A stretch of 64,000 nt of DNA, from positions 79,174,001 to 79,238,000 of the forward strand of contig NC_043008.1 in the NCBI RefSeq assembly GCF_006345805.1, written 5' to 3'. The DNA is from Octopus sinensis. Taxonomy: Eukaryota. The notes beneath the pieces are model-generated. The model searched no databases, had not been told where the DNA came from, and was given only the letters and a program-made list of their open reading frames with translations. How positions within the stretch are numbered: position 1 is the stretch's first letter; each line of letters begins with the position of its first letter. This document shows positions 50,694 to 63,932 of the stretch, piece by piece. Position numbers and translations under genes: made by a program.

Positions 50694-51235
50694 CATCATC
50701 ATCATCATCATCATCGTTTAACGTCCGTTTTCCCCGCTAGCACGGGTTGGACGGTTCAACCAGGGTCTGGGAAGCCAAGGGTTGCACCAGGCTCCAGTCT
50801 GATCTGGCAGAGTTTCTACAGCTGGATGCCCTTCCTAACGCCAACCACTCCGCGAGTGTAGTGGGTGCTTTTTACGTGCTACCTGCACAGGTGCCAGGGG
50901 GGTCCGTCATCAGCTACGATCGGTTGGAGCTTTTAACGTGCCACCGGCATGGAAGCCAGCCAAGGTGGCGCTGGCAACGGCCACGTTCAGATGGTGCTTT
51001 TTATGTGCCATTGGCACTGGAGCCAGTTGAGGCAGCGCTGGCATCGGCCACGTTCGGACAGTACTTTTTATGTGCCACCGGCACAGAAGCCAGTCTGGGT
51101 GGTGCCGGCATCGGCCACGCTCACATGGCGCTTTTTATGTGCTACCGGCACAGAAGCCAGTCGAGGTGCGTTGGCAACAGCCACGTTCGGATGGTGCTTT
51201 TTATGTGCCACCAGCACAGGTATCACAACTACTAT
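50694..51235 (-). mobile_element. Solo RTE 3' UTR copy (~5-6 array units) inserted in the pseudo-LTR
   Basis: (CAT)n-CGTTTAACGTCCG start on +, same family as 4049-4956. Confidence 0.85.
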
Positions 51236-51749
51236 TTCCATTGATATTTATTTCGATGTTCATTAACTACACTGGAACAAAAAAAAAATGAAGTTAGGAA
51301 AGAAACTGATATATGTGAACATACACACAATTATATGCTATTATATATATATATATAATTCATAAATGAGGGCAAAGGAAAAGAATTCTAATGCCAAATA
51401 TGCCGAAAAATTGGACATATTGTCCATTAACCATATTATTTTTTCACAATACGCACGCTACTTGAAAAAAGGTCGACAGAAATTTCTAAAAAATTCCATT
51501 ATTACCATATCGGACCGATTTCAGAGTCAGCTACTAAGAGCCCTCTCTTCGTCAGTGATACATGTGGTAAAAGAAATAAATGAGATACTTACTCACACCC
51601 ATGGAAGAAGCAAACACTAAGTCATGGGCACAACTAAGTACCCCAAATACATCCAAAATAGAAATACTCCAGCCCATTCGAGGCACGTGCGATTTGAACT
51701 GAGGCTCTCACAGAGTGAGTTAGTTAGTTCGGAAGTGAACGCTTAAATT

Positions 51750-51933
51750 TATATCAAATGTGAGGATAAAATTCTTTTCGAAAAAAAATTATTTTCTCGA
51801 AAAAAATTTTATCAATGGCCAGCATATTAAAAAATACCTTTAACGGTTAAATTTATAAACAATTCATAAATGAGGGCAAAGGTATTTTTCGAGAAAATAA
51901 CTTTTTTCGAAAAGAATTTTATCCTCACATTTG

Positions 51934-51938
<5 letters not shown>
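51750..51938. mobile_element. Small foldback/MITE with ~55-bp inverted repeats
   Basis: TATATCAAATGTGAGGATAAAATTCTTTTCGAAAAAA..TTATTTTCTCGAAAAA versus its reverse complement at 51885-51938. Confidence 0.72.
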
Positions 51939-51966
<28 letters not shown>

Positions 51967-52029
51967 TATAAAACCAAAACTGAGGGGGACAGTGATGCAA
52001 GTGCAGAGGAGTTCCATGGGGGTGTGTAG

Positions 52030-52670
52030 AACTGTCAACACCACTACTGGCTTGTTATGAGCAAGGTCCAAATGAGCTTAAGAAAGAGTAAGACTCAACA
52101 TCGGAGAGCATTCAAGGAAGATAAGCTACAGGAGAGGTACACAGTAGAAGTGAAGAACAGGTTCAGTGCTCTGTGTAGAGAGAGAGAGGAAAGAGAAATT
52201 GGAGGGACTGAGGAGAGTGTGACGAGGAGGTAAGAGTACTTCACCAAAGCAATGGAAGAAGCAAGTGAGGTCCTGGTGCTGAGGAGAGAGAAGAGGAGGA
52301 ATGCCAGCTTTGTAGACCTAAAAGTGTGTGCCGCTAGAGAATACCTGAAAGCAACCAAGGACCAATTCCTTGCTGAACTTATGGAGGAGAGGAAGGAGAA
52401 TGTGGAGGTGATGAAGAAAGCACTCTGTACTACTTACACTGAGGCTAGAGAAGAGGCATTGATGGAGAAGATCAGAAGTGTGAAGAGAGCAGTTGATGGG
52501 TCTAAGTGTAAAGAGAGCTGGACAATCATCAAGAAGATCATGGGGAGGAAGAGAAGGAGTTTGTGTCAAATCCAGGGAACAGGGCCCGAGAATAGGAAGA
52601 GTAAATGGCCGGACCATTTTAAGACCCTACTAGGAGAACCACCTTCCACAACCCATATTCTTATATAGTT
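52030..52670 (+). mobile_element. RTE-type LINE linker fragment
   Basis: LVMSKVQMSL, YTVEVKNRFSAL, ..KWPDHFKTLL. Confidence 0.6.
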
Positions 52671-55600
52671 TTTCTGAGAACCTGCTAATATAACTGCTAC
52701 CGCAAATGGAGTTGTTCAATATTAACGCCTCTCTTAAGGATATTCCTATTCCACCAAAGAAAGCTTTCCTTAAGGAACTCATTAAAAAGACTAATGCATT
52801 TATCATCCGCATCAAATGACTCGCCTTCTTCCACGACAATAAGGAACTACAACAGACCAGTAATGACATCTCTAATGAATATAAAAAAACTATTTAAATC
52901 GAAGGTTACTCCTACACCTAATCCTAGATTGAAACAGTTCGAAGATGATCTTTGGGCCATTGTAAAGAATATTAAATTTCATCGATCACCCCTCAGGAAT
53001 AAGCACCTCAGATATCTTAATAATGTCTCTAGAGATATCAATAACTTAGATTACATCCTAGTTCAATCAGATAAAACCGGTAACATCTACAAGCTTACCA
53101 AAAGCCACTATTTGGAACTGCTCAAAAAGGAGATCCATAAAAATTACAAGACCACCAGTAGGAATACTCTCAGGCAGGCCAACTTCGAAGCTAAACGGAT
53201 TATGGAAACTTATGGATTACAGATGAAGACAGAACCATTGAACCCCAGGCAACCCAGGTTTATTTTAAAAGACCACAAGCAGAACTCTTATACTAACCCA
53301 GCATTGCGGCTTATATGCCCTTCCAGCTCAGACATCGGTACTCTTAGTAAATACATATTAGATAAGTATATCCCTACATTAATTAAAAAATTAAAACTTA
53401 GCTTATGGTCTAATTCTGTTCAAGTTGTAAATTGGTTTACTTCCATTACTAATAAGGCCAACACTAAATTTATTCAATTTGATGATGATGATGATATATC
53501 TAGTTTTTATTCTTCAATCAACCCTATTATACTTAATAAGGCCTTATGACATGCACACAATAAAGCAGGTCTCTCTAGGGAAGAAATTAATGTGATACTG
53601 GCTGCTAGGAAATCTTTCATCAAGTTCGATAACAAGTTGTGGGTCCGGATTGATACTCCTAATGCATTTGATGTACTAATGGGAAGTTCAGACAGCACCC
53701 AGATAGCCGATTTGGTCGGAATATATATTCTTTATGAAATGGCTGACCAGTTCCCGGACATCTGCAGAAGTCTTTATCGCGACGATTGTCTGCTTTACCT
53801 CCAAAACATTTCAAATCAAAAAATACAGAAGGTTAAGAATAGATTAGTTAGGTTTTTTTAGTAGAATGGGCTTGCACATCGTTTTTGACGATGAGTTAAC
53901 TAAAGCCAACTTCTTAGATATTACTCTCAATTTACAAAATAACTCGTACTTTCCATAAACCTTCCACAAATCTTAAATATATTAGTCTTTACAGTAATCA
54001 CGCTAGGGCAATTACTAATAATTTAGTTAAAAACATCTCACTTAGATTGTCTAAATTATCTGCTAATGTTGACATTTTTAACGAAAAGGTAGACTTCTAT
54101 AACGCCGCCTTGATAAAAGCTGGCTATAAGGAGAAAGTGTCATACATTGATTCTGCTCATTCTAGTCCTATATCTGCTGCTCCAGACAAAATATCTAGTT
54201 GTAACAGTAAGAGTGAGTTTAATTCTAATAGTGTAAGCAGCCCTATACATAATATATATTTTTCATGGACCAAGGAAGGTAAGCATTATTTAACCTTAAA
54301 TTTCCAACCAAGAAATTTTTCCCCTACCTTTATAAATAATACCACGTACAATTCAAAAGTCACTAGGAACAGTATCTGGTTCGTAATCCCATTTGGAAAG
54401 CAAATTAAATCGAACCTTCCTTTGCAGTTCCGTGAAGCGGTTGCTAGGAACTTTCCAAAAAATTCTAGATATTATTCTATTATCAACCCCCACAAAGTTA
54501 GAATCGCTTTCTCCAACACTAAGAATCTCTCACAAATTATATCTTCTCACAATACTAATCTGCTAAATAAAGGTTCTTTATCTGGGAGTTCCAACACTAA
54601 TCTTGTTAATTCCAACCCCTCATACAATTATAATAATACGAATAATAATAATAATAATAGTATTAATAATAATAATAATGGTATTATTGTTGATAATAAT
54701 ATTAATTGTATTAACAACAACAACAACAACAACAACAACAATAATAATAATAGTAATAGTATTATTAATAATTATAATAATAATAATAATAATAATCGTA
54801 GCAATAAACACTTGGTTTCAATCTCTGAGGACAATCCCAACAGAATTAAATTTTTGTCTAATAACTCTAAGATCAAGAATTCTATATACCAGTGTAAAAT
54901 TTCTTCCGGTACCGATGTCTTCTTCAATATAGGCGCATCCACTTCCCAGTTATCCAAGAGAATTTCCAATTATTATTCATCATTTAGGGATAGCAAAAAA
55001 CGACATAGTACAGGGCTAAGTAAATTAGTTTGGTGTCTTAAAGACAACAATATAGATTTTAAGTTAGATTGGTTCATACTGCCTGTATCCTTTCCTTTCG
55101 ATAAGGGCAAGAGATTTTGTAACATTTGCAACTCTGAACTCTTCCATATTCTCTTCTCTAAGAATCCCCTTGTAAACACACTTATAGAGAGATCGTACAA
55201 ATGTAAACACTGGCAGAAACATACATTTTACTCATATAAGTGATTTCGCCAGTCTTTATAGTTTGAACAATTAGTTTAACTTGCACTTCACTTCAATAGA
55301 GGAATCTTTTCCTAAGCCTTGTTGTCTTCGAAACATCTATGTCGAAAGTAAAGGAATTTTATTAACATCTTCGTTCAACTCCATTTATTTATTTATTCAT
55401 CTATAACACACAAATTACCCAAAGTTTCTACCTTTGGATAGGTCGCTTCATCTGAGTTTCTGACGTGAATTTGCTACTCTGGTAACGGTCAATGAATTTT
55501 CCATGTTAACTGTAAACATAGGATAATTCATTCACCCATACATATATATATATACTAGCAGAGATATATACATGCATTTGATGAATTACACTTTTCTGTT

Positions 55601-56852
55601 ATAGTTTCTGTAATGAACTGGAATATCTATGTTTCGAATTTCATCAGAATTGCAGATGAGGGTCATTTCCCTCTTTACACACCTTAAAAGAATAGTAATC
55701 ATGCTACATGCATCCCATACTACAGATTTATATGCACATACTCCAAAATTCCAGTCTTATTGAACCTGTTAAAAGGATTTTGCTCCTGAAAAATGAAGGT
55801 CATGGAGCTCTAAAATGTGAGAGTTGAGGCCCCTGTCGGGGAAGGGTGTCCTAATGTCAACCAGAGAAGTTCAATTGTTGAGAATCTTTTTAACTTGGGT
55901 CTTATATCTATTTGAATTTCTTTGAAATAGGAAATATATGTTCACTGGGTTTGTAAAAGAGAGCAAAGCTACAGGAAACCAAAAGACAAATGATCACAAT
56001 GAGCAGTCAGCTACTCTACCCTAGTCGTTACTGCTTCCACTGTAGGATTCCTCACCATCCAGGTGACAGGCACAGCTGTGAGATGCATTATGAATCTATG
56101 GCAGTTGGAAGGGCGTGACCCAACTGAAATCAACGTTAACAACAGTGTGATGTGAAGGCTAAGGAGAAATGAAAGTGTCAGCTCTGGAGTTTGCAAATGA
56201 CCACTATACTGATACGTAACTGGGCAGAATAAATTTACAATCTATAAATGTCTTTGAATAACCTGTCACTTATCTGGGAAACCTTGAAATCAATATTGCA
56301 ATCTGGGGACTGTGTATGACCTAGTGATAATAAAAAGACTGAAAGGAGGTCTGCAATCAAATAAATTTACTCAATACTTTGCAACTAAATCAGTGGAGGC
56401 AAAGATGCCTCTCATTTACTTGACAATTTATGCACCACATTGCAGAAATCACAATGTAAGTGTATGTCAAAGCAAACTGTTACACAGTTGTACCATTGAA
56501 TTACAAATAATGCTCATCTTTTATGCTCGGGTAACCCTACAGCTTCCAAGAGTACAACTGTATTCATCTTTGCTTAGATAAAAGGACAAAATTATGGGTG
56601 TTAAGTCCCCTTGGAGGTGTCTTTCCAACGTGTAAGAAGATGAAATTTTATAAATATTACTTCATTTGTGTCTAATATCTATGGTTAAAATTTCATCAAC
56701 AGCAAAAATATATGAATTGTCATGGGGGTTATGGACCTTATGCATACAATATAATTTCCAAATTTCATAAAGATCCATTCAGTACTTTTGACCTACTTTT
56801 GGATCATAAAAGAAATTACTAAAATTTGGGAGTTAAGGCCCTCATTAGGGTG

Positions 56853-56887
<35 letters not shown>

Positions 56888-57249
56888 TAGATATAGATAT
56901 ATATATATATAGATATATATATAGATATAGATATATACACACATACACATACAAAGATAAATTGATAGATACAACTGAGTGGGCAAACAAAAATATGAGA
57001 CACAGCCTAGTGCTTTTATTTATGTTGATGAGCCTGGTACTTATTCTATTAGTTTGTTCTTGTAAAACCAGTAAGTTATGGCAATGTAAATAAATGAATT
57101 GCAGTTGTGAAGCAATGATGAGGGGCGAAACAGAGAGACAAAGACAAACACATACACTTACATGTATACATACATATATATGATTTATTTGTTTCAGTTC
57201 CTGTCTACGAAATCCATATATCTATCTATCTATATATATATAGAAAACT

Positions 57250-57558
57250 ACCTAGTGCTTTTTTTTATTTTGATAAGCCTGGTACTTATTCTATCAGTTT
57301 CTTCTTGTGAAACCAGTAAGTTATGGTGATGTAAATAAACGAACACCAGTTGTAAAGCAGTGATGAGGGCAAGTGACATAGACTTACATATATATACAAT
57401 TGATTTCTTTAAGTTTCTGTCTACAAAATCCACTGACAAGGCTTCGGTTGGTCTGAGGCTATAGCAGAAGACACATGCCAAGTTACCACACAGTGGGACT
57501 GAACTGAGGACCATGTGTTTTGGAACCAAGTTTGTTACCACACAGCCACACCTGCCCC
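57250..57558 (-). mobile_element. Diverged tRNA-head SINE (39148 family), with partial duplicate at ~56990-57210
   Basis: Reverse complement reads GTGGCTGTGTGGTAA...GTTCAGTCCCACTGTGTGG...GTGTCTTCTGCTATAGCC. Confidence 0.75.
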
Positions 57559-57777
57559 TATGTATGTGTGTCTATGGGTGTATATATGTATGCATGTATA
57601 TATGTGTATATATATGTGTACATATTACATGTACATTATATATATATATATACATACATCTACACATACATGTATACATATACATCTATACATATGCACG
57701 TATACATACACAGCTATACATATACATGTATACATATACATCTATATATCCATATTTATACATGTGTATATATATAT

Positions 57778-57888
57778 CATGCTAGCATGGAAAACGGACG
57801 CTAAACGATGATGATGATATATATATATATAGTCCAACCCATGCTAGCATGGAAAACGAACACTAAACGATGATGATGATGATGATGA
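57778..57888 (+). mobile_element. Two extremely truncated RTE 3' tails
   Basis: CATGCTAGCATGGAAAACG(G/A)AC(G/A)CTAAACGATGATG twice, separated by (TA)n. Confidence 0.8.
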
Positions 57889-57889
57889 T

Positions 57890-58026
57890 ATGTATATATA
57901 TATATGTATATATATATGTATATATATAAATACATGTATATGTATACATTTCTGTCTATATGTATATATATATATATATATGTATATATATGAATACGTG
58001 TATATGTATACATTTCTGTCTATATG

Positions 58027-58058
<32 letters not shown>

Positions 58059-58213
58059 AATACATGTATATGTATACATTTCTGTCTATATGTATATATA
58101 TATGTATATGTATATATATAAATACATGTATATGTATACATTTCTGTCTATATGTATATATATATGTATATATATAAATACATGTATATGTATACATTTC
58201 TGTCTATGTATAT
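57890..58213. repeat. TA-rich minisatellite (~60-bp unit, ~5 copies)
   Basis: ATAAATACATGTATATGTATACATTTCTGTCTATATG recurs. Confidence 0.85.
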
Positions 58214-58350
58214 ATATCTCTATATATATAAAACTGAGAATGTGTGTCTGTCTGTCTGTCTGTGTGTTTCCCTAAAACTTGAGAATTACATAACCAATTT
58301 CATTCAAATTTTACACATGCCTTACTTAGGGTCCGGGGATTGTCAAAATG
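58214..58350 (+). mobile_element. Non-autonomous Helitron-like 5' end
   Basis: A|TCTCTATATATATAAAACTGAGAATG followed by (GTCT)n, typical of DINE/Lep1-type elements. Confidence 0.5.
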
Positions 58351-58357
58351 TTGAACT

Positions 58358-59140
58358 TGTAAAGGGAACTGGTTGCTTCTTTACACTTTTGGGGTGCAAC
58401 TTGGGTGCAACACAATTTCCTTTCTTTTTGTTACTAGAAACTACCAGTCAGGAATGAAAGGCAAGTTTAAAATATATACAATTCTTTATTCTCTTATTCA
58501 ACAATGAAACACGATAGTAAACTGGTATCCATTCTTACAACAATTCAGCATTAATAGAACAGGTTAAATCCTAAGCGTCTGGGACAGGAGAATAGGCTGA
58601 ACATACGTATGAAAATATGTCCTTTCTCTTCTATCGCCGTACCTCAAGTCCCAGACGCTATTAAGGAACGCTTTAGAATTTATTCTTCAGTCTCTAGCGC
58701 ATGTGCATGAGGGAACTTCCTTATGCCTTTCCAGAAGGTTCCAACCCCGCACACGCACACTGAAGAAGGACGTCCGCACATGCACACTGAAGAATGACGT
58801 TGCGTGTGCGCACACTGGAATATGACGTCACTACAAAGGCTCCCCTTTGAGTGCGGAAGCACGAAACAAAATTCCTTGTAGTGGCTTCAGAATATAAGGT
58901 GGATACCGAATCACCAAAATGGCACACAATATGACAAATTAAAACAAAAATCCATAATATAAACAAGCATGCAGCAAAGGAAAAGAAAAAATAATACTCA
59001 AATGAACAAAGTTCAATTAGTATCGTAACTGTCACTGGGAAGTCAATTGAGAATGTTAGATATAAATCGTCTTTTAAAGTTTCCTCGGCCAGTGAACAGT
59101 TCTGCCTGACCTCGTAACATAAGGTTTGTTCGAGGCGGGC
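58358..59140 (-). mobile_element. Gypsy 3' LTR (58358-58835) with PPT and integrase tail, related to the 29-30 kb element
   Basis: TGT...ACA ends; GTCACTACA-AAGGCTCCCCTTTGAGTGCGGA matches 29425-29455. Confidence 0.7.
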
Positions 59141-59199
59141 TGCGAATGGGTGTATCGATAAAAGTTAAATATATACGATCGATAAAAGTTAAATATATA

Positions 59200-59700
59200 T
59201 GAGAACCTGCGACTCACAGGCCATGGTCCAACCAAATCAAGCTAGCTATTTGACACTCGAATCTGCGACCATTACAAACCTTCAAACAAGGGAGGTCAGT
59301 CGCTTCATCCTGCCAGTCAGATAGCTACAGACGACGTTTCAGGGTTGTTGCCCCTTATCAATGCAGCGTAGTCAGACTTGCAGGTGTTGCTACTGATCGT
59401 CCCACTTCGAAGGCTTTATTTACCTAGTTTCAGTGGAATACATCCTCTTGTTTTCAATAATGGAAATATTAAAATTATTAAGTCTCTCTAAAGGAGATTA
59501 TGGCAGCGTTACTGGAAATTAATAGTTATCGCAATACTAATATGGCAGTCTTGTAAATATAAGACTAAAGCTGTCGCTGGTTAGCTCCAAGAGGCCACCG
59601 CCTCAAGCTAGCTATTTGACACACGAATCTGCGTCCATTACAAACCTTCGAACGAGGGAGGTCAGTCGCTTCATCCTGCCAGTCAGGCAGCTACATATAT
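59200..59700 (-). mobile_element. Probable Penelope-type terminal fragment, internally duplicated (~95 bp: 59239-59330 and 59602-59695), with decayed hammerhead-like motif
   Basis: CAAGCTAGCTATTTGACAC...GCCAGTCAG..AGCTAC occurs twice; motif at 59325-59366. Confidence 0.45.
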
Positions 59701-59715
59701 ATATATATATATACA

Positions 59716-59761
<46 letters not shown>

Positions 59762-59769
59762 TTTGAGAT

Positions 59770-62700
59770 ATACATCTTTGAGAATGAGCGGGGCAAAGAT
59801 GGCAAGAATGGAGACGATGAAAGAAGTCACCCCCACCTGGTGGACGCCCGGGAGGAGGTTTTGAATGAGAAACCTGCCCGGGAAGTGAACCCAGGTGCAA
59901 GTTCTCCAACCGGCAGCAAGGGCCATGGAGATGGAGAACCCGGTGAAGAGGTAGAGGGAGGAAGAAGAACTAAAAGAAGGACTGGAAGAGCTAAAGGAAA
60001 AGAAAAAGCTCAAGCAGGACCAACGGGTGAAACAACCAGGAATAGAAGTGGAACCGCAAAGGATGGAACCAAACAGCGCACACGGGTGTGTATGTTCTAC
60101 CTGAGAGGTTCCTGCTGGCATGGAAAGGAAGGTGCAGGCTGCCGCTTTGCACATCGGGGACCCTGCCACAGAGACACGAGGCAGATGGACAAACCATCAA
60201 CACAAAGAAAAGGGATGGACCACGCACCACCTGCCCCAAAGCGGAGGTACGCAGATGTTGTGCGCGCCACAAACAGCCAACATGATGTTGTCGAAAGAGC
60301 AGCTGCTGAGCAACAATCTTTTTTGTGCATGGCACAAAAGATTGTACAGCAGCTGACCTGGCTTCATCAAACCCAAGCCCGCAGGTGGGACTACCCACTA
60401 TATACCAGACCACCACAGCAAACAGACACAGGATGGACACCGCCGGCAACAATGTACACCTTACCTCGATACTACTACTGAACATCAGAGGACTGCAAAC
60501 ACTCAGTAACAGGACAAAGATCCCGTTCCTGAGAGACTTTGTTGCATGCAATCAAGCCATATGCATAGCACTTACAGAAACGCACCTGAAACCGGACATA
60601 GCAGATGCGGAGTTACACATACCACAGTATGCTGTACTACGGACCGACAGGAAAGAAAGGAGTCATGGAGGTGTTGCTATGTACATCCGTGAGGACCTCA
60701 CACCCCAGGTCCTCTTGTCATACTCAAACTCGGTGTGTGACACACTAATTGTACATATTAAGCAACTTGATGTAGTTGTGTGTGCTACATATCGCCCTCC
60801 AGATGCCCCAAGCCATGTGGGCAAGTTTGAAGACTGCCTTATAAAAATAGAAGAAATTCTAACCACATTAGAACACACATAGGTGTGCTTCTTATGGGAG
60901 ACTTCAATCCGCCCAATGTCAGATGGCCCGAGGGCCTTTCTCTCCCAGGAATGACAAGATGTGAACGAGGACAGGCGAGGTCCCTCCTGAACCTCATCAA
61001 CACCCTGTACATGGAGCAGGTAATACTCCAACCAACCAGGGCAGGTAACACACTGGATCTCTGCTTCACAAATGACATGGATCTCATCCATAATGTGAAA
61101 GTGACACCGACACTACTCTCGGATCACAACATGATAGAGCTGACCATGTACGGGCCAAAAGAGAGCACGGACATGCAGCCTACAAGAAACCCTCAAAATC
61201 TTTCCAGCTTGAACTACCATAAGGCAAACTGGAAAAAATTGAGAAAGAGATCCTCAAACAAAACTGGCCTAAATGTCTCTCCTCGCCAGACATCGACGTG
61301 AAACTTCAACAATTCATGTCTGTAATGCAAGCCATATGCTACAAATGTGTCCCAGAGAGAAAGGCCACTGTACACAAGAACAAAATCCCCAGAGAGAGGA
61401 AAATCTTAATGAGACGGCGTGCGAAATTTTCAAATCGCCTAAACAAACAGATTGAAAGCAGTGAAAAGTCCCGCCTAAAAATAAAACTGTTGGAAATCGA
61501 AAAATGTCTGCAACTCTCCCATGAAAAAGAAAGAGCAGACAAAGAAGCCTGGGCTATAGAAAACATAAAATCTAACCCCAGAGCTTTCTACAGGTATGCC
61601 AAAGAAACAGCTACAGTGCACTGTAGAATAGGGCACTCCTCGAAAAGGATGGCACACTTACAGGAAAACCAATGAGGGTAAGTGAAATACTGAATGAGCA
61701 ATTCAAGAGTGTTTTCACTCCACCCCTTGGGCATCTCCAAATCACCAATCCAACTGACTTTTTTACCACTGCAGATATAAAATCAGAGGCGGCGACGATA
61801 GATTACATCGATATAAAGGAAGACGATGTAACCAAGGCTATAGATGAAATGAAAACAGACTCAGCTACTGGCCCCGATGGATTCCCGGCAATCCTCCTAA
61901 AAGCATGTAAGAGAGTCCTAGCAAGACCACTGCAGTTCCTCTTTCAGAGCTTCCTTGCAGCTGGCAAACTTCCAGGAAACTGACTGAAGGAAGGTAAAAT
62001 ATGCCCCATTCATAAAGGAGGTAGCAGAGCGGAAGCCAAGAACTATAGACCTATCTCTCTGACCTCACACATCAGCAAGGTCATGGAACGAATAGTCAGA
62101 AGGAAGCTGATCACCTTCCTTGAAGAGAATGACTTGCTGCCCGACACCCAACATGGTTTCCGACCAGGGAGAAGCTGTTTAACTCAGCTCCTACAACACT
62201 ATGACTGGGTGCTGAAACGGCTGCTCAACCACTCAAATGTGGAAATGATATATCTCGACTTTGCAAAGGCCTTTGATAAAGTCGATCATGGAATGATATG
62301 TCACAAACTGCGTGATCTCAACAATAGTTGGAAAACTGGGAGAATGGCTTCATGACTTTCTGAAGGATAGAAGTCAGGTGGTAGTAGCCAATGGGGCCAC
62401 CTCCATTAACACACAAATAGTGAGCGGTGTTCCGCAGGGCACTGTTCTGGGACCACTACTGTTCATAATGGCCCTCTCAGACATGCCCTCAGCCACGCAG
62501 AGAGCCACGATCACAAGTTATGCAGATGATACAAAAGTTTCACAGGCAATACAGAACCCTGAGGACACTAAACACCTGCAATGTGAGCTGGACGAAATAT
62601 ACAAGTGGGCTGAAAAGAATAGCATGCAGTTCAATGCTGGAAAGTTTCAAGCTTTATACTATCAGCATGCAAAACTGAATGCAATACCCAATGAATACAC

Positions 62701-63511
62701 TGGACCCGGAGGGATTGCAATCCCAGAGGCACAATCAGTGCGTGACCTGGGTATTCACATGAGTGATGACGCGACCTTTCATGTACATGTTGCTAAACTG
62801 ACAATGAAATGTAGACGGCTGGCTGGATGGATTCTTAGAACCTTTAGAACAAGAGAACAAGAAACCATGATGGTCCTCTGGAAGACACTTGTCCTAAGCC
62901 ACTTTGACTATGCTCTCAGCTATGGTCACCATCCAGTGTCAAGTTGATCACAGAACTTGAGGCGATCCAACGAAGCTACACAAAGAAGATAGCCTCTATG
63001 CAGAATGTAAGCTACTGGGAAGACTCAAGAGATTAAAATTATATTCCCTGGAGCGTAGGCGGGAAAGATATGCCATAATATACATCTGGAAGATCCTGGA
63101 GGGAAGTGTCCTGAACTTTGGCATCGAGAGTTACGCAAATGCCAGAACTGGGCGCCACTGTGTGGTACCTAGGACTCCAAACCTGCCATCAAGATGTAGG
63201 ACAAGATTCTGTGATAGCCTGGGCTTCCGAGGCCCACAGCTCTTCAATATCCTCCCGAAACCTGAGAGACCTGCATGGGGTGGATACAGATGTCTTTAAA
63301 ATGAAGCTGGATCTCTTCCTGTCAGGTGTCCCAGATGAACCAACTTCACGGCAGGAGGGGCAGATGAGGGCAGCTGCATCGAACTCTCTCATGCACCAAT
63401 AGCAGTTGCTAGAAAGCCTCCATGAAGTGAAACCATGTAGCAACACCAAATGGCGGTGCCCCAGCATGGCCACAGGCTCATAAGCTGAAACTAGAATCAA
63501 TCAATCAATCA

Positions 63512-63515
<4 letters not shown>
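59770..63515 (+). mobile_element. CR1/L2-group LINE, copy 2 (related subfamily), disrupted, (AATC)n tail
   Basis: CCCH finger CMFYLRGSCWHGKEGAGCRFAH, APE, RT, YSLERRRERY; multiple frameshifts and stops. Confidence 0.92.
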
Positions 63516-63606
<91 letters not shown>

Positions 63607-63723
63607 ATATGTATATGTATATATATAAATATATGTATATGTATATGTATATATATATATATATGTATATGTATATGTATATATATATATATGTATATGT
63701 ATATGTATATATATATATGTATA

Positions 63724-63932
63724 TGTTGATTCGTTAGCCACTGCACGCATTTTTTTTCTCTCCTCTTCTTTGTGTTTTTCTCTCTCTGTGTATCTTTCTG
63801 TTGAAGAGTGTAGGCTCGAAACGTTAAAGACTTGTTTTATTTATATTTCCTGAGCGCCATACTAATACAATTGTTCGTTTGTTTTCCACCTGCCTTCGTC
63901 TTTTGTTTATTTTCATAAAGCTTCCCGTTATA
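63724..63932 (+). mobile_element. Solo 3' end of the Penelope pseudo-LTR (same family as 5019-5225)
   Basis: Reverse complement of 5019-5222 with few differences; embedded in (TA)n. Confidence 0.88.
63793..63830 (+). ncRNA. Minimal type I hammerhead motif (variant core CUGUUGA)
   Basis: UCUUU-CUGUUGA-A-GAGU(GUAG)GCUC-GAA-ACGU-U-AAAGA. Confidence 0.6.

Larger units (their letters stand above)
50252..55540 (+). mobile_element. Penelope-like element with direct pseudo-LTRs (50413-50697, 55321-55535) and an inverted 5' pseudo-LTR piece (50252-50384); ORF 52706-55243 disrupted; nested insertions
   Basis: SLKDIPIP..LIKK..F N-terminus, LMGSSDSTQIADLVG, LYRDD, GIY-YIG with ST.LS..W.LK and C-terminal CNIC...CKH; ~215-bp direct repeats flank the ORF. 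Confidence 0.85.

Noticed and set aside
55560-56850. Possible old DINE/Helitron-like or inverted-repeat element; also weak RT remnants at ~18.7-19.1 and 26.7-26.9 kb
   Set aside because: Too degenerate to define boundaries or family by eye.
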